Shown one piece after another: positions 1 to 12,875 of a stretch of DNA of 64,000 nucleotides. The stretch is taken from the NCBI GenBank assembly GCA_951406725.2, contig OX597823.1, positions 65,720,001-65,784,000 of the forward strand, read 5' to 3'. How positions within the stretch are numbered: the first letter of the stretch is position 1; each line of letters starts with the position of its first letter. The notes beneath the pieces were generated by a model. That model was not told the DNA's origin. It searched no databases and was given only the letters and a program-made list of their open reading frames with translations. A program made the position numbers and the translations under genes. The stretch is from Octopus vulgaris (taxonomy: Eukaryota).

Positions 1-363
1 ATATATATATTATATAAAATCCGTTCTGACTGCCTCTGTGTGTGTGTCTTCTTGGATCTCGGGCATCCTCCATCCGATTGCGCTCAAATTTGATATATAG
101 ATACCAACGGTATCAGAGCGTGTATAATTCTTGAAAAAATTACAAAAATCGATTCCAGGTGAGAATGCGATCGATAAAGCATTCCTTGGAGTAGGAAAAA
201 GTCTATCTTTATTTCTTCTTTTGCTGCTGCCTCAAAATTAGATTAAATCAGTGTTTCTCAAAGGGGAGGACAATGGGACGGTCGGGCAAACTGTTTTGAG
301 AAAATTTGGTTTAAATGTTTGATAACGCACCACCGTCCTTTGGACAGGGGGCGTTTTGCTCGT
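1..363 (+). mobile_element. Non-autonomous Helitron-like element
   Basis: Starts ...TATTATATAAAATCCG(TG-rich). Ends with GC-rich hairpin AACGCACCACCGTCC-TTT-GGACAGGGGGCGTT (324-355) then CTCGT, a CTAG-like end, before (TA)n. Second family copy at 60770-61205 on minus. Confidence 0.6.
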
Positions 364-364
364 A

Positions 365-395
<31 letters not shown>

Positions 396-599
396 ACACG
401 CAGGCTTCTAATTATGCACACATATATGTAAAGAGAGCTAGGAGATATCTGCAAGCGGTACTTCAGTGTAGCTGAGGTCAGTGAATGAAAACAATAGAAC
501 ATCGCATGTCCTTTAAATAGTTGAAGCCTGTAAATTGGTATAGAAAAATACTTCTGTCAAATTCCAAACGTCAATTGCACAGCGTTTTTTTTTCTGAAT

Positions 600-786
600 T
601 AAGCGAAGGTAGTTCGTTTTCAAAACCTTGGTCTAATTACAGTTGTATATTAAGAGATGAGGAAATATGCACATTATTTACATTATTTACGTTATTTATA
701 TTTGACGGATATTTGTCCTCATCTTGTTTGTTAACACAATATTTCGGCTGATATACCTTCTAGCCTTCATTAGGTGTCTTGGGGAA
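600..786 (-). mobile_element. Penelope-like pseudo-LTR fragment with decayed hammerhead (733-778)
   Basis: Minus strand GACAC CTAATGA A GGCT..AGCC GAAA TAT T GTGTT: HHR layout with core mutations. Confidence 0.5.
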
Positions 787-2674
787 CAATGCAAAAACAA
801 CAAAAAATTCTTACACGGCCAAAATTTGGCAGAGCAGAAATTTAAAGCGCTGAATTATGAAAACCGGTATATAACTGGTATTTGATTCACACTAATGGCG
901 TGTATTTTAAATTCCAACAGGACTTGAAACTTTAAAGAGGAATAAATATCCTAATGATCATGATGCCCCAACTTAATAAAATGATAAGAATAACGAGTTA
1001 ACTACTTTTGGATATACGCAATGTTTAAAAAGCGATAAAATCCGTACAAAACGATCAAATCATTGACAAGTTGAATATACATAAAGTTCAAGGGAAACAG
1101 AAACAGCTAAAATGTGCTTGCTTATATCTTAGAAGGTGTTATGTCGCAATACTATACAGTGGCTGCGTGAGCTACGAAATCCTCGTCGCCACTGTTATAT
1201 CGCCTGTTCGGATGCCTTCTACCTAACTCTCACCACTACTCTGCTACTCAACTCTCGTCTAGACTTCTCCCTCTATATCTACGTATTGGGCTAGCCTACT
1301 TCATCGTCTGGGGGCGTCCACAAGACAGAAGGATACTTGATTATAATATTTTATTATTATACTCTACCCTTCCTTGTCAACTTGTTTCAACCTTATGTGT
1401 CCCATATGCATTACTGCTATGTAGTATTCATTACTTAACAGTGAAGGGCGCATTGAACTTTAACAGTTCCTTATAATTCCTTATAATTTCGGTAGAATTG
1501 TTCTCACGGAAAATGGTTTCCAACATTGTAACAACCTTGCGCAATTAATTTCGTCCTTGGATTTTGTTATTCTGACGATCTATGAATTTCCTAGTTGAGG
1601 TTCACTTGCCAAATATGTAGTCATCAGGTGAAACAAAATATTGATTACACTCTGTGAACACCAAACGATTATAAAATATGCAGTACACCTAAGCATATAG
1701 AAAAATATTCATGTCTATTGATTGGTTTTAAAAATGCTATTCATCGATATATACTTTTATATTTTGATGTCTACATAAACAATGTTTATGATAAAGTTTG
1801 TTAAAACCTATATAGGAAACTAACTGGCTTATAAAGCAACTGTCGAACACAAGATTCCCGCGTACGTATATACACATAGATATACAAATATATATGCATG
1901 AATATATACATATAAATACTTATATGTGCATATAAAATATATAAATAGTATGATATAAATAGTTTATAATAAAGAAATGCGTGCGTCTATATGACATTGC
2001 TAAGCCATTGCGAGATGATATTTTTCCTACAAGTTTATTTTAAGTTTTTCTGGATATAATGTATTTCTGATATTGTATTTTTCAATGAATTTCCTGTTTC
2101 TGTCAACATAGTAAAATAATGATATACTTATCAAATTTCATTTTTCTTTTCCGTTTCTTGTAATATACACATTCTGTATATGTGTGTGTGCGTGTGGGTG
2201 GATGTGTGCGCGTGCGTGTCGTGTGCGAAAATAAATTCAATATTCACATAATATGGTTAGTGCAGCATTGCATAAGGAAAATGGCTTCTATGTAACATTG
2301 AATCAGTTCCCTCAAAATGTATTAGAAGTTCCACAACTAAATTTTGTAGTAAACATGTGAGAATATAATAATCTATATGAATTTATCAGACATACGTGTG
2401 TGTATGTGTGTTAGAAATTATTACCTACATATAAATATATATGTTAGAGAAGAATAATTCAGTTTGTGTTATTATGACCTCATAAATTATATAATCTTTA
2501 CACGTCTCTTAACAACCAACACTAGTATGTTGTGAATGTATCGTAATGTAGACGACTGAATAACAACAGTAAATTCTTACTTTAGAGGTAAGTAACAATT
2601 TACTCTTACTAAAATAGTGATATTATTTACCCCTTCCCCCGTCGTTTTGTTAACAGTACTAGGTTCGAACTCTG

Positions 2675-3115
2675 TTTTACTCTTTTACTCTTTTACTTGT
2701 TTCAGTCATATGACTGCAGCCATGCTGGAGCACCGCCTTTAGTCGAAGAAATCGACCCCGGGACTTATTCTTTGTAAGCCTAGTACTTATTCTATCTTTC
2801 TCTGTTGTCGAACTGCTAAGTTACGGGGATGTAAACACACGTCCCCGTAGCTTACCGATGTTGGGGGGACAACATCGGTTGTCAAGCGATGGGGGGGGGG
2901 GGGCAAACACAGACACGTAAACATATACATAAACATACATATATATACATATATACGACGGGCTTCTTTCAGCTTCCATCTACTAAATCCGCTCACAAGG
3001 CTTTGGTCGGCCCGAGGCTATAGTAGAAGACATTTGCCCAAGGTGCCACGCAGTGGGACTGAACCCGGAACCATTTGGTTGGTAAGCAAGCTACTTACCA
3101 CAAAGCCACACCTGC
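2675..3115 (-). mobile_element. tRNA-derived SINE family A
   Basis: Head GCAGGTGTGGCTTTGTGG..GGTTCAGTCCC (A/B-box-like), internal microsatellite, tail GGCGGTGCTCCAGCATGG..CAGTC.GACTGAAAC; high similarity to 13943-14351 and 49492-49904. Confidence 0.9.
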
Positions 3116-3448
3116 AAAGTTGAAAGAACATTATGTAGCAGTTTCGGAAATTAAGGTTATCAATTTCATTTGCAAAATAATGATAGAGTGAAGGAAAAGG
3201 AAATATTTTAGTTTGGATGTGTAATGAAACAAAGGGAGCTTCGTTAAGTAAGACGTTATTATTTTAAACCTGTGCACATTTGGGAGGGAGATACAGTGTC
3301 ACATAGTGATGTAATCTGTGATACCTGTCGTGGTTACAGTTTTGGAGAGAACTTATTTCTAGACAGACGTTGTTAGCAGGAAACGAAAGAAAGTGATGTT
3401 TAGAAGGCATAAGTGGTTTTAGAAAGCAGGAATTTATTTTATATGTAA

Positions 3449-3458
3449 TATAATAATA

Positions 3459-3523
<65 letters not shown>

Positions 3524-3533
3524 GTGATGATGG

Positions 3534-3590
<57 letters not shown>
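3449..3590. repeat. Compound microsatellite (AAT)n-(GAT)n
   Basis: Seen directly. Confidence 0.95.
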
Positions 3591-3719
3591 CAATAGCAGT
3601 AATCTTAACTGATTGGAAGTGTTATCATGTACATTTCGTCTTGGTGTAAAAATGATGGGCTACAGCAAATATTCTAGTCAATACTACAGACTTGCTTCTC
3701 ACTTGCCTGAAAACACCTC

Positions 3720-4187
3720 GTAATTGTCGCTCCTGAAAACACCTCGTAGACGCTGAGATTGGTGCCGATCATTTATAGTTGGTTCTGATCCGACACCTCA
3801 AAGCCGACAGGCATCTCCCTCATCGTAGCTTACTCGGGATGCATCTCAACGTCTCCAGTTTGTGCATTAGTGGCTCGAGAGTCTGTACGTACAAGAGAGA
3901 CGGGTGGGGAAACCTTCCGTAACCGCGTACATGATGTTGAAAGGCTCTGAGAAGTGACCGCTCACTCTGACCACCAGATACCTGTGCTGTACATTCCCTC
4001 ACTCCCTCCGTAAAATTGACGTTGCCTGAAATATTGCACAGTGTACAACGCGTCAGGTGTCGAAGTAATCTTAGAGCAATGTCAGATGAATTGTTTTGCT
4101 CAAGAGCAAAAAGCACCACCCGCTCTAAGAATTGAAACAACGATCTCACGATCGTGACTGCAGCATCCTGTCCACTAGACTATGCTT
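3720..4187 (-). mobile_element. tRNA-headed SINE-like element (family D-related)
   Basis: Minus strand TAGTCTAGTGG...GATCGTGAGATCGTTGTTTCAATTC...CTTGAGCAAAACA resembles heads at 34088 and 34548. Confidence 0.5.
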
Positions 4188-4237
<50 letters not shown>

Positions 4238-5094
4238 GCACACGCGCGTGTGTATGTAACTATGTGTGTATGTTCATGGATGCTCACCTGCGTGATACAC
4301 TAAAATAGCGATTTTGCATCTTGTATTGACATTTGGTATTCTGTTTTTGTTTCCTACTTTTGTCATCAGGCTTGAACATTGAAGGGAGGAAGCTGGTCGA
4401 TTTCATCAGCCTCAGGGCTCAATTGATGTTTATGTTACCGGTCCAGAAAAAGACGAAAGGCAAATGGACTCCAGAAAAATTTGAAATTAGAATGCAAAGC
4501 CTGAAGAAATGTTGCTAATCTTTTTATCCGGCGTGCTAAAGATTCCGCCACCTCACCATGCTACTTTAGTATTGTACATTGTGTCTGTTAGTGCATATGA
4601 TAGCGTTTTCTTATTTTGATCATAGGAAGAGAAAGTACAATTATATATGTTTCAATTGGTTCGTCTGTTTGATTTTTTTTCGCTTTTTCTTCTATTTAAT
4701 AAATATACAGCCACATTTTTGGAAGCTACTTAATTATTAATATGCCAATGGAAACAAATAAACGTTACAATATGAATTATTTAAGCAGGATTCCGTTCGT
4801 TGTTTTAGTGGTACAGTCGTCGATAAAAAAGAAATCCCCCCACTGGCATTTTTGCTGCTGCCGCTGACTTGTGCGTTTCAAACATAGAACTATAAAACAA
4901 GTGAAATTACGTATCGGCCAAGTTTATACCTTTTCATAATGTAGACATGGTTAAGCTGTATATATAAATACGTAAACACGTGGCCATAAATGGCCTTCAT
5001 AACTTTCATAATTTGTTGTGTCTATTAAATTTAAGATCAATCAATTAACATTGGATGTAAAATAAATATTTTTAGTTTTACTTTATGTACTAAA

Positions 5095-5227
5095 GCGTGG
5101 CTGTGTGGTAAGAAATTTGCTTCCCAGCCACTGCATGGCACCTTGGACAAGTGTCTTCTACTATTGCCGCGGGCCGACTAAAGCCTTGTGAGAGGACTTG
5201 GCAGAAGGACATTGAAAGAATTTCATC

Positions 5228-5232
<5 letters not shown>
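5095..5232 (+). mobile_element. SINE family A, 5' half (interrupted)
   Basis: GTGGCTGTGTGGTAAG...AAGCCTTGTGAG homologous to family A up to its internal (TA)n; the 3' half resumes near 7110. Confidence 0.8.
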
Positions 5233-5270
<38 letters not shown>

Positions 5271-5381
5271 AGTGAAAGAGTTAGAAGAAACAAACTTCTT
5301 GATCCCCAAACATGCTTGGTAAACTGTCGTTGTGCCGATAGCGGGAAATTATACATATGTATGTATATATCTATCTATCTA

Positions 5382-5449
<68 letters not shown>

Positions 5450-5583
5450 AAGTAGATAAATGAATTATCTTATGACGGATAATTCAAATGATAACCGATA
5501 CCTGGGTAGCAAAAATCACAACAGAAAAAGCACGGTTGAGGTTACGAGCATGGGGCCTAAAATCCGTGCCTTAGTGCGGAAAT

Positions 5584-6342
5584 TTGAAGTTTTATATATT
5601 AGCAACCTCCATACCAACAGATATTAGCAACCTCCATACCAACATTGGAGTTAGTAATAGTAATAAGGATAAGAGCAATGATCTCGTCATTAACGTAGGG
5701 GGAGTAAGTAATGGTAATAAGGATAAGAGCACTGATCTAGTCATTAATGTAGGGAGTCCCAACAATAATATTAGCAGCGGTTTTAACAACAGTAGTATTA
5801 CGGACATTATCAATCACAGCATTCACAGTAACAGGGAATATGCAGGTGATAATGGGGTGAATAATATCGAATCCAGCGGTAGTTTTTACAATCATCATAG
5901 TAATAAGAACGCTGTATTAATATCGGAAACCAATCCCAATAGATTAAGGTTCTTATCTAGTAACTCCAAGATTAGAAACGCCATTTACCAGTGCAGAGTT
6001 TATACTGATTCAGATATCTACATATATATCGGAGCTTCATCATCGAAATTGGCTGTTAGAATATCGAATAATTTTTCCACGTTCCGTGATAAGGAAAAGC
6101 AACACGCTACGGGGCTAAGCAAATTAGTCTGGCGTTTGAGGAACGCGAATTCAACTTTTAGACTGGAATGGTCAATTTTATCGGTGTCTTTACCGTTTGA
6201 TAAGGGAAAAAAAATCTGTGCTCTTTGTAACTCGGAACTCCTTCATATTCTGTTCGCCCGAGGGCACCTTGTTAACTCGATTGTGCAAAATACTTTCAGA
6301 TGCCCTCACTGGAAACGGCATACATTTCTCTCATACCAATGA
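5584..6342 (+). CDS. GIY-YIG endonuclease of Penelope-like type with Asn/Ser-rich N-terminal region; true start uncertain
   Basis: AIYQCRV...YIG...LAVR...TGLSKLVWRL...LEWSIL...CALCNSE...LVN...CPH matches the PLE GIY-YIG motif order. Frame open for 759 bp. The listed TTG start lies at the inversion junction. Confidence 0.8.
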   Translation: MKFYILATSIPTDISNLHTNIGVSNSNKDKSNDLVINVGGVSNGNKDKSTDLVINVGSPNNNISSGFNNSSITDIINHSIHSNREYAGDNGVNNIESSGSFYNHHSNKNAVLISETNPNRLRFLSSNSKIRNAIYQCRVYTDSDIYIYIGASSSKLAVRISNNFSTFRDKEKQHATGLSKLVWRLRNANSTFRLEWSILSVSLPFDKGKKICALCNSELLHILFARGHLVNSIVQNTFRCPHWKRHTFLSYQ

Positions 6343-6935
6343 AGTCTAATATAGTTAACCCCTTGATTTCCTAAGAAAATTGAAAAAAATTTGAATTAAA
6401 TTTGTAAGGGGATATCCCTTCCCTGTTAGTATAAGAACTGCTAGTTGTCTAGAACTGCTGACATCCCTGACAGCAGCACTGTATCCTGCCATGACCATTG
6501 TGGACACCCCCTCTCTCTATCAAGTGGTTACAGACGAACACACAGACACAGTCTTTTCTGTTGCTTGACCATTAATACCTGCTATATCCCTCTCTCTTGC
6601 TGCTTTCGAAACACACTGCCACACATACATAGACGAACACACACATACATGAAATCAATTTCTCACACTCAAACACTCTAGCACTCATTCTTAAAATAAT
6701 TCAAATATTAACACCAGTCATACAGAATACATTCACACTCTTTGATTTTCCTGTACTCCCCTTCTGCTAACCGGATTTTGACCTTGAATTATCTCAACGG
6801 ACCTTCTCGTCTGCTTTCACCCAGCCTGGTGTCAACGCATATAGATAGACAGTTTGTGCCATTTATTCCATGGGCTCCTCGTGAGCGTTTGTCGAAAAGT
6901 TTGCTGTGCATTTTGTTGGAGAATTAAGTTCCTGG

Positions 6936-7021
6936 ATTTTCCTGAAGAGAAGGCTGCAAAATGGACTCCTTATTCAATCCGAATTAGGGACTTTGCAGCC
7001 TTTGAAACATATGTAGAAAAT
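6936..7021 (+). ncRNA. Type I hammerhead ribozyme
   Basis: ATTTTC CTGAAGA GAAGGCTGCAAA..TTTGCAGCCTTT GAA ACATATGT A GAAAAT: stem I 6 bp, intact core, 12 bp stem II, palindromic stem III, GUA site at 7013-7015. Confidence 0.85.
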
Positions 7022-7109
7022 AATAAAAAGGAATTTTGTTAAATCTTCGTTCAGCTCCATTTCTTCCTACACTAAATATATATATATATATATATATATA
7101 TTATTTAAT

Positions 7110-7330
7110 GTATGTGTGTGTGTGTCTTTGTCTCTGTGTGTCCTCCCCCACTGCTTGACAACCAGTGCTGGTGTGCTTAGTTCCCTGTAACTGCGCGGAT
7201 CGACAATAGAGTCAGGAAGAATAAGTAACCGACTTTTTAAAAAATGCTTCTGCGATCGATGCGTTTGACCAAACATTCTACAAGGTGATATCCTAGCATG
7301 GTCACAGTCTAACGACTAAAACAGGTAAAC
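7110..7330 (+). mobile_element. SINE family A, 3' half (diverged)
   Basis: GCTTGACAACCAGTGCTGGTGTG...AGCATGGTCACAGTCTAACGACTAAAAC homologous to the family A 3' half. Confidence 0.75.
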
Positions 7331-7339
7331 AAAGGTTAG

Positions 7340-7814
7340 AAATCACTTTTTTTGTCTTTAAACTTGTAATGAAAATGAAGGCTTTTCTGGAAAGATTTGT
7401 TTGAGTGATGAAGCAGCATTTCATGTATCAAAAATGATATATAAGCAGAACATCAGGGTGAAGGTTTCGGAAAAGTCACGGTGTTGCATCTATTTGACAG
7501 AGTGATCTGCCTAATTTTCTTTGCTGACGAAACCAATATTTCAGTACTCAGCTTTATCTTGTATATACATTTGTTTGACTGTAGCTGTACCACTAGCAAC
7601 CAACGTTTATTATCAGTCAAGATGGTGCACCGCCCTATTGGGGGTCAAGTGCTTGATAGTTTCTTTATGAAGGGGAAATCTGTTTCTCTGACTACCTCGG
7701 TCACCTGACGTAACTTCTGTTTTGTTTGCCCAAGTTTTAATCTGTTGAGTTATTATTTTTCATATTTCTTTCTGATTTTTTCAAGTTGGGATTGCAATTT
7801 ATGGACACCCTGTA
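7340..7814 (+). mobile_element. Decayed Tc1/mariner-type transposon 3' fragment
   Basis: SDEAAFH and QDGAPPYW motifs; TIR-like end TGGACACCCTG-TA. Confidence 0.6.
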
Positions 7815-8224
7815 TATTTGTGTCTCGAGAATAATTCTCGATCAAAAGTTTTCACATATTTAGCCACCTTAGCTACCAAACGTATAAAATAGGCATGTTA
7901 ATGGCTGGTTATTCAAGCCATATAAATACTTTCAATTTAAATGACAGGTAGAACAACGTGACAAAATTTTATATGAATTCCGTCTATTCGATGTCACTGA
8001 AGAATCATGCATTGACTCGTGTTTAAAGCACAAGACACTTGATACCATAGCATGCAATTCAATCCTGGAAATTATGAAGAAACCAGCTTCGTAAACTATT
8101 TTGAATGCTCTGCTGTAATACATCTACATAAATACATTTTAACCATATCAGTCACTCTTGATTTTATAAGCATGTGTTTCTATACGAACACACACAATAC
8201 ACACGTAGCACACACACACCTATG

Positions 8225-8242
8225 TACATACATATATATATG

Positions 8243-8301
<59 letters not shown>

Positions 8302-8379
8302 GTTATCGCCATACTAATATGCCATTCTTATAAATATATATATATATATATAGATAGATAGATAGATATATATATATAT

Positions 8380-8467
<88 letters not shown>

Positions 8468-8485
8468 ACGGATAGATAGGTAGAT
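8225..8485. repeat. (TA)n/(TAGA)n microsatellite block
   Basis: Seen directly. Confidence 0.95.
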
Positions 8486-9139
8486 GCGTTAATATATGAA
8501 AAAAGCTTAGCGAAAATCAGGAATGCAAAGCTAAATATTCGATATCAAAGCATGCTAAAATAAAAATCTGAGTGAGCTGCAGGTCAATTGTGTCATATTA
8601 CAGAAGAGAAAAGTTCCACATTCACACATGCATCAACATTAAATAAGACAGTGTTTCTTCCATATTTCAAAGAATCTTCCTAAAAGCTAGAATACTTAAA
8701 TGCTTTTCTTTTACATCTAAATTATTTTATGGAAGCGATACTTGTTAAAAGTAACCTTGGTTCTCTTATCTTCAGTAAAAGGCAGCGCGCCTCAGCATTT
8801 CAATTCTGACTTTCAAAAAATCTTTCTTTTTATCTATTGAGCTGTGAAAACTCTTTGAGCTTCCTGGAAAAACAAAACGCACAGCGAGATACCTATAATC
8901 AATATCAGTTATTCGGAAGAAGGCAATAACTTTTTGAGCAGAGCATATTTTTATTGCAGCTTTTGTATCTTATGTCAGCACACTTTAAACTGAACTACCA
9001 ATACGCAGCTAAAGACACAAAGACTTACACACATATATAAACAGATGCTAAGAGGCAGATATAGAGTTATGCGCATAAAATTGTACAAACCAAAATGGAA
9101 AATTATACACGCGTTTACATTTGTAAGCGTGATAACATA

Positions 9140-10315
9140 TACGACGGTCGGTTGAAAAGTTCATAAGCTGACTGAGGTGCTCTCAGGGAATGTGACCAAA
9201 CGAGGTTTATTTTTCACACTCTTTTCCTTGAGGTTCACACACTTATTCTATCAGCGCTGCGATGCTTGGATATCATTGCTAAAGTAGCCTTTATCCTGTA
9301 TGTAATAAAAACAAGTCACTACCAGCGTATACGACGTCATCATCACTGCGACAATAGTGCGATGGTATGTGATTTTTTTATGTTGATTAACACTTGATAG
9401 TCAGATGGGGCCAAATAAAGAGAAATGGATGGGGGCTGATCGGAAAGCTCAAAACCACAGACACGCACAACAGCCAATGAAATCAACGATTTATGTGCTG
9501 GAGCATTGTCCCGATAAAACAATACCCCTTGCGTTAGTTTTCCTGCCCGTTTGGTTATAAAAGGCTTTCGAAACTGGTTCAGCAATTTGGCACCGTACTC
9601 TCCATTGATAGCGTGGTTCTTTTGAAGGTAGTCAATAAACACAATACCTTTTCAATCCTAAAGGACTGAGTTCATCAACTTACCTGCAAAGGAAACGACC
9701 TTGGGCTTCTATGGAACGGGTTAGGAGAGAGGTTTACTAAGCATGGATTGTCTCTTTATTTCTGGCTGAAAGTGATATCGCCAGCTGGATCTGATTTCTT
9801 CGTGATACGCTGTGATGAGTCTACTGCGCTTTTGATCCGGTGTAAGAAGATGTGTCACCCGCCGAGCAGAAACCTTCATCATGCGAAGTTACTTGTGCAG
9901 AACATTCTCAGGTCTCTCACCTATAGAGTATTCTAATAACGTTGACTATTTGATTTATAGCCAATTGCCTGTCATCCATCAGCATGTGATGATCGCCATC
10001 AGTGCTACCTTGGTGGTAGCATGTATATGGCGTTCATAACTTGAATAATCTTCCATACTCACCCCCCGAAAATTAAGCCTCCCACTTCTGCACTGTTGAT
10101 AAAATTGGACTTCATCTTCTATTGTAGCAAACATGTCAAAATGAACACCCTTGGGGGTCTACCTGTTTGTGCGGTTACTTGATAAAGCCCAATGCCAAGT
10201 CATGCCTATTTTCAGGAGATGTCAGTACTAGTTACTTTTGAAGTCTTCTTTGAACAGACAGCTTTAGCATCCCTCCTTCATAGTCAAGCTATGAACTTTT
10301 CAGCCCACCCACGTA
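9140..10315 (-). mobile_element. Decayed mariner with both TIRs
   Basis: TACGACGGTCGGTTGAAAAGTTCATAAGCTGAC and GTCAAGCTATGAACTTTTCAGCCCACCCACGTA form inverted ends. ORF 9343-9642 has IDYL..INGEY..DNAPAH..LAPSDY mariner motifs. Confidence 0.85.
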
Positions 10316-10453
10316 TGACTTTGACTGTGGATATAGTAGCAGAGACATTTCTATGAAGCAGCTAAGACTGACAGGATGGTATCAAAATTTTAGCCTTTTG
10401 TGAATTATTCATATTCTTCATGTGAACGGGTTTGGTGAATGAAACTAAAAGAA

Positions 10454-10496
<43 letters not shown>

Positions 10497-12156
10497 ATGT
10501 CTTTGTGTGTGTACGTATGAGTATGTGTGTGCGTGTGCGCATGTGTGTGCTTGTCTTTGTATTTGAATTTCGTCCCCATCACAAAATTTGACAAATATAT
10601 TTTTACGCACCCCGTACCTTAGCAGTTCTGCAAGAGAAATATAGAATATGTAGCAGATCTTTAAAAAAATGTAAGTACGGGACTTAGTTGTTGTTGCTAA
10701 CACGTTCATATATCGTTTATATTTTGCAATTCTATGAAATAGATTTTGGTTGTGCGTATTTGAGCAATTGTATTCCCACATTCCTTAAACCTTTGCAAAT
10801 TATACTCACCAATGAACTATATGTAAATTGAACTACGCGTAAATTGAAAGTAAATTTGTTGTTGAAAATGTACAGAGTTATGATTACCTTGCCTACAGTT
10901 ACAAAAATAAAAGTCTGGAAATCAATTGCTAAAACTTGTGACTAATTTTCCTTCAAATTTTGTCCTAAATTGTTAGAAATACTGCTTATAACAGATAAAA
11001 TGTTTCTCAATGTAATATATCGAGTAAGAATTATGGATTAGGCATCGAATTCGATGCCAGTCGAACAATGTAGGTGCGATACACAGATCCTCTGAAAACA
11101 TATGGTATCGCAGTTCATATTCATATATTATTTGAAGAAAATGGATGCAGATATGTTTTTGACATATCTAGAATTCTGCACTAGTATTAATACCTTTTCA
11201 AGTACCTATAGCATTAAAGAAGTCTGGTACTCTCTGGACCCTAGATTATTTGAATGCATTTGAAACCATAATGGTGATTGTTAATATATGAGAAGATAAT
11301 CTTCAACAATCTGGAGCAGGATATCTGAAATTATCTCCGGAAATGTACGATTCCTATACTTCTTCCTCAATGGCATCGAGCGTAACATTTTATTTGTACA
11401 GTACAATGGCGTTATGAACGAAACTATCAATGATCTGAACTACGTTTGTAATAATAATATAATATTATGATATGCAATATCGCCTGCCAACTGGACACCA
11501 AAATGTACCTTATCATGCAAACGAAATCGAATTCAATAAAACGATTCACTTAGATTCATACAAACATGAACAGTTTAGTGATATTATTTCAGCTCAATGT
11601 GGGAAAATTAGAATCAATGAAATATACCAGAAACTTATATTAAAAGAGAATATTTGCATTCCGCTAAAGTTATATATTTGAGAGCAAATATATAGTAGGT
11701 ATCCAGAAGTGTTGAAATTACATTATACATGCGGTGAATTATTTTAAAATCTGCCGCCTTGATCTTGAAAGGAAATGCTGAAGTCAAATTAAATGCGTTT
11801 AAAATTGAGTCAAGATAATTAAAACTAACAAAGTCTTGCCGGAGAATATTCTACAGTTACTTGGAAAACTATAATATTACTGCATAGAAAGATCCACAAA
11901 TCACACAATAAATGTTCGAAGTTATTTTGTTCTAAAACATCTGACCCTTCGAGCAGTGTAAAGTACACATATTTAAAACTATAATTATAGTCTTAATATA
12001 GAAGAGCCTCGAAAAGTATGTTCATTGTTATACACGCAACACCTTTGCAAACTTGAAAGACAATATAATATAATATTTAATTATATTATCCACTATACTG
12101 TAAAGGATAGCAATGTATAAATTAAACAATATAACCTATGGAACGGAATAGAATGC

Positions 12157-12875
12157 ACACGAGGCTGAGTTGAAAAGTTAATAGGTTGTCTATGAAGGAA
12201 TGAGGCTAGAGCTGTTAATTCTTGTATGCATTAGTTTCTTATTTTCTAATTAATAACTGCATTGTTTCGTTACAGGTAAACTGATATCTGACTGTTCAAA
12301 GAAGACTTCAGATGTAACTAGTAGCATTTTTCTTGAAAATGGACAAAATTTGGCATTGTAGTGTTAGGAAATACCTGCAGAAAAACGCTTTATCTTCAAT
12401 GGCATTCATGCTGACATGGTTGCTACATTACCACGTGGCATTCCAGCTTTATTAAGAGTGCAAAAGTTGAGAGCTGAATTTAGAACGTGAAAGGAGGCAC
12501 TTGAAGATGACCTAAGGTCAGGATATTATGCAGCTGCTACAACTGAGGAAAACATTGATGGTGTTCACCACATGCTGATGGTTGATATGCGGTTGACCAG
12601 AAATCAACTAGACAACGTTATAAACATACGTTGTGAGAGACTTGAGAATATTCTGCTCATAGAACTTGGCATGAGAAAGGTGCTTTTTAGGAAGCAAAAA
12701 TCATTGTGTTTATTGACTATCTTCAAAATGGGTACACCATCAAATCAGAGTACTATGCCAAACTGCTAAGGCAGTTGCGGAAGTCTATCATGACAAAACG
12801 TTTAGAAAGAATTGACGAAATAGGTATTGCTTCATCAGGACAATGCTCTAGCACAGAAGACGTTGGTTTTAATGA
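12157..12875 (+). mobile_element. Decayed mariner, same family as 9140-10315
   Basis: TIR CACGAGGCTGAGTTGAAAAGTT; FIDYLQNGYTIKSEYYAKLL; HQDNA. Confidence 0.8.

Larger units (their letters stand above)
5443..7077 (+). mobile_element. Penelope-like element, 5'-inverted, RT-less, inserted in (TA)n
   Basis: GIY-YIG frame, then 3' region with HHR. 5445-5590 is the inverted continuation of the pLTR, as shown by the related copy at 61505-61810. (TA)n on both sides. Confidence 0.8.

Noticed and set aside
1580-1635. Minus-strand CTGATGA..GAAA
   Set aside because: Stem I cannot form; probably chance.
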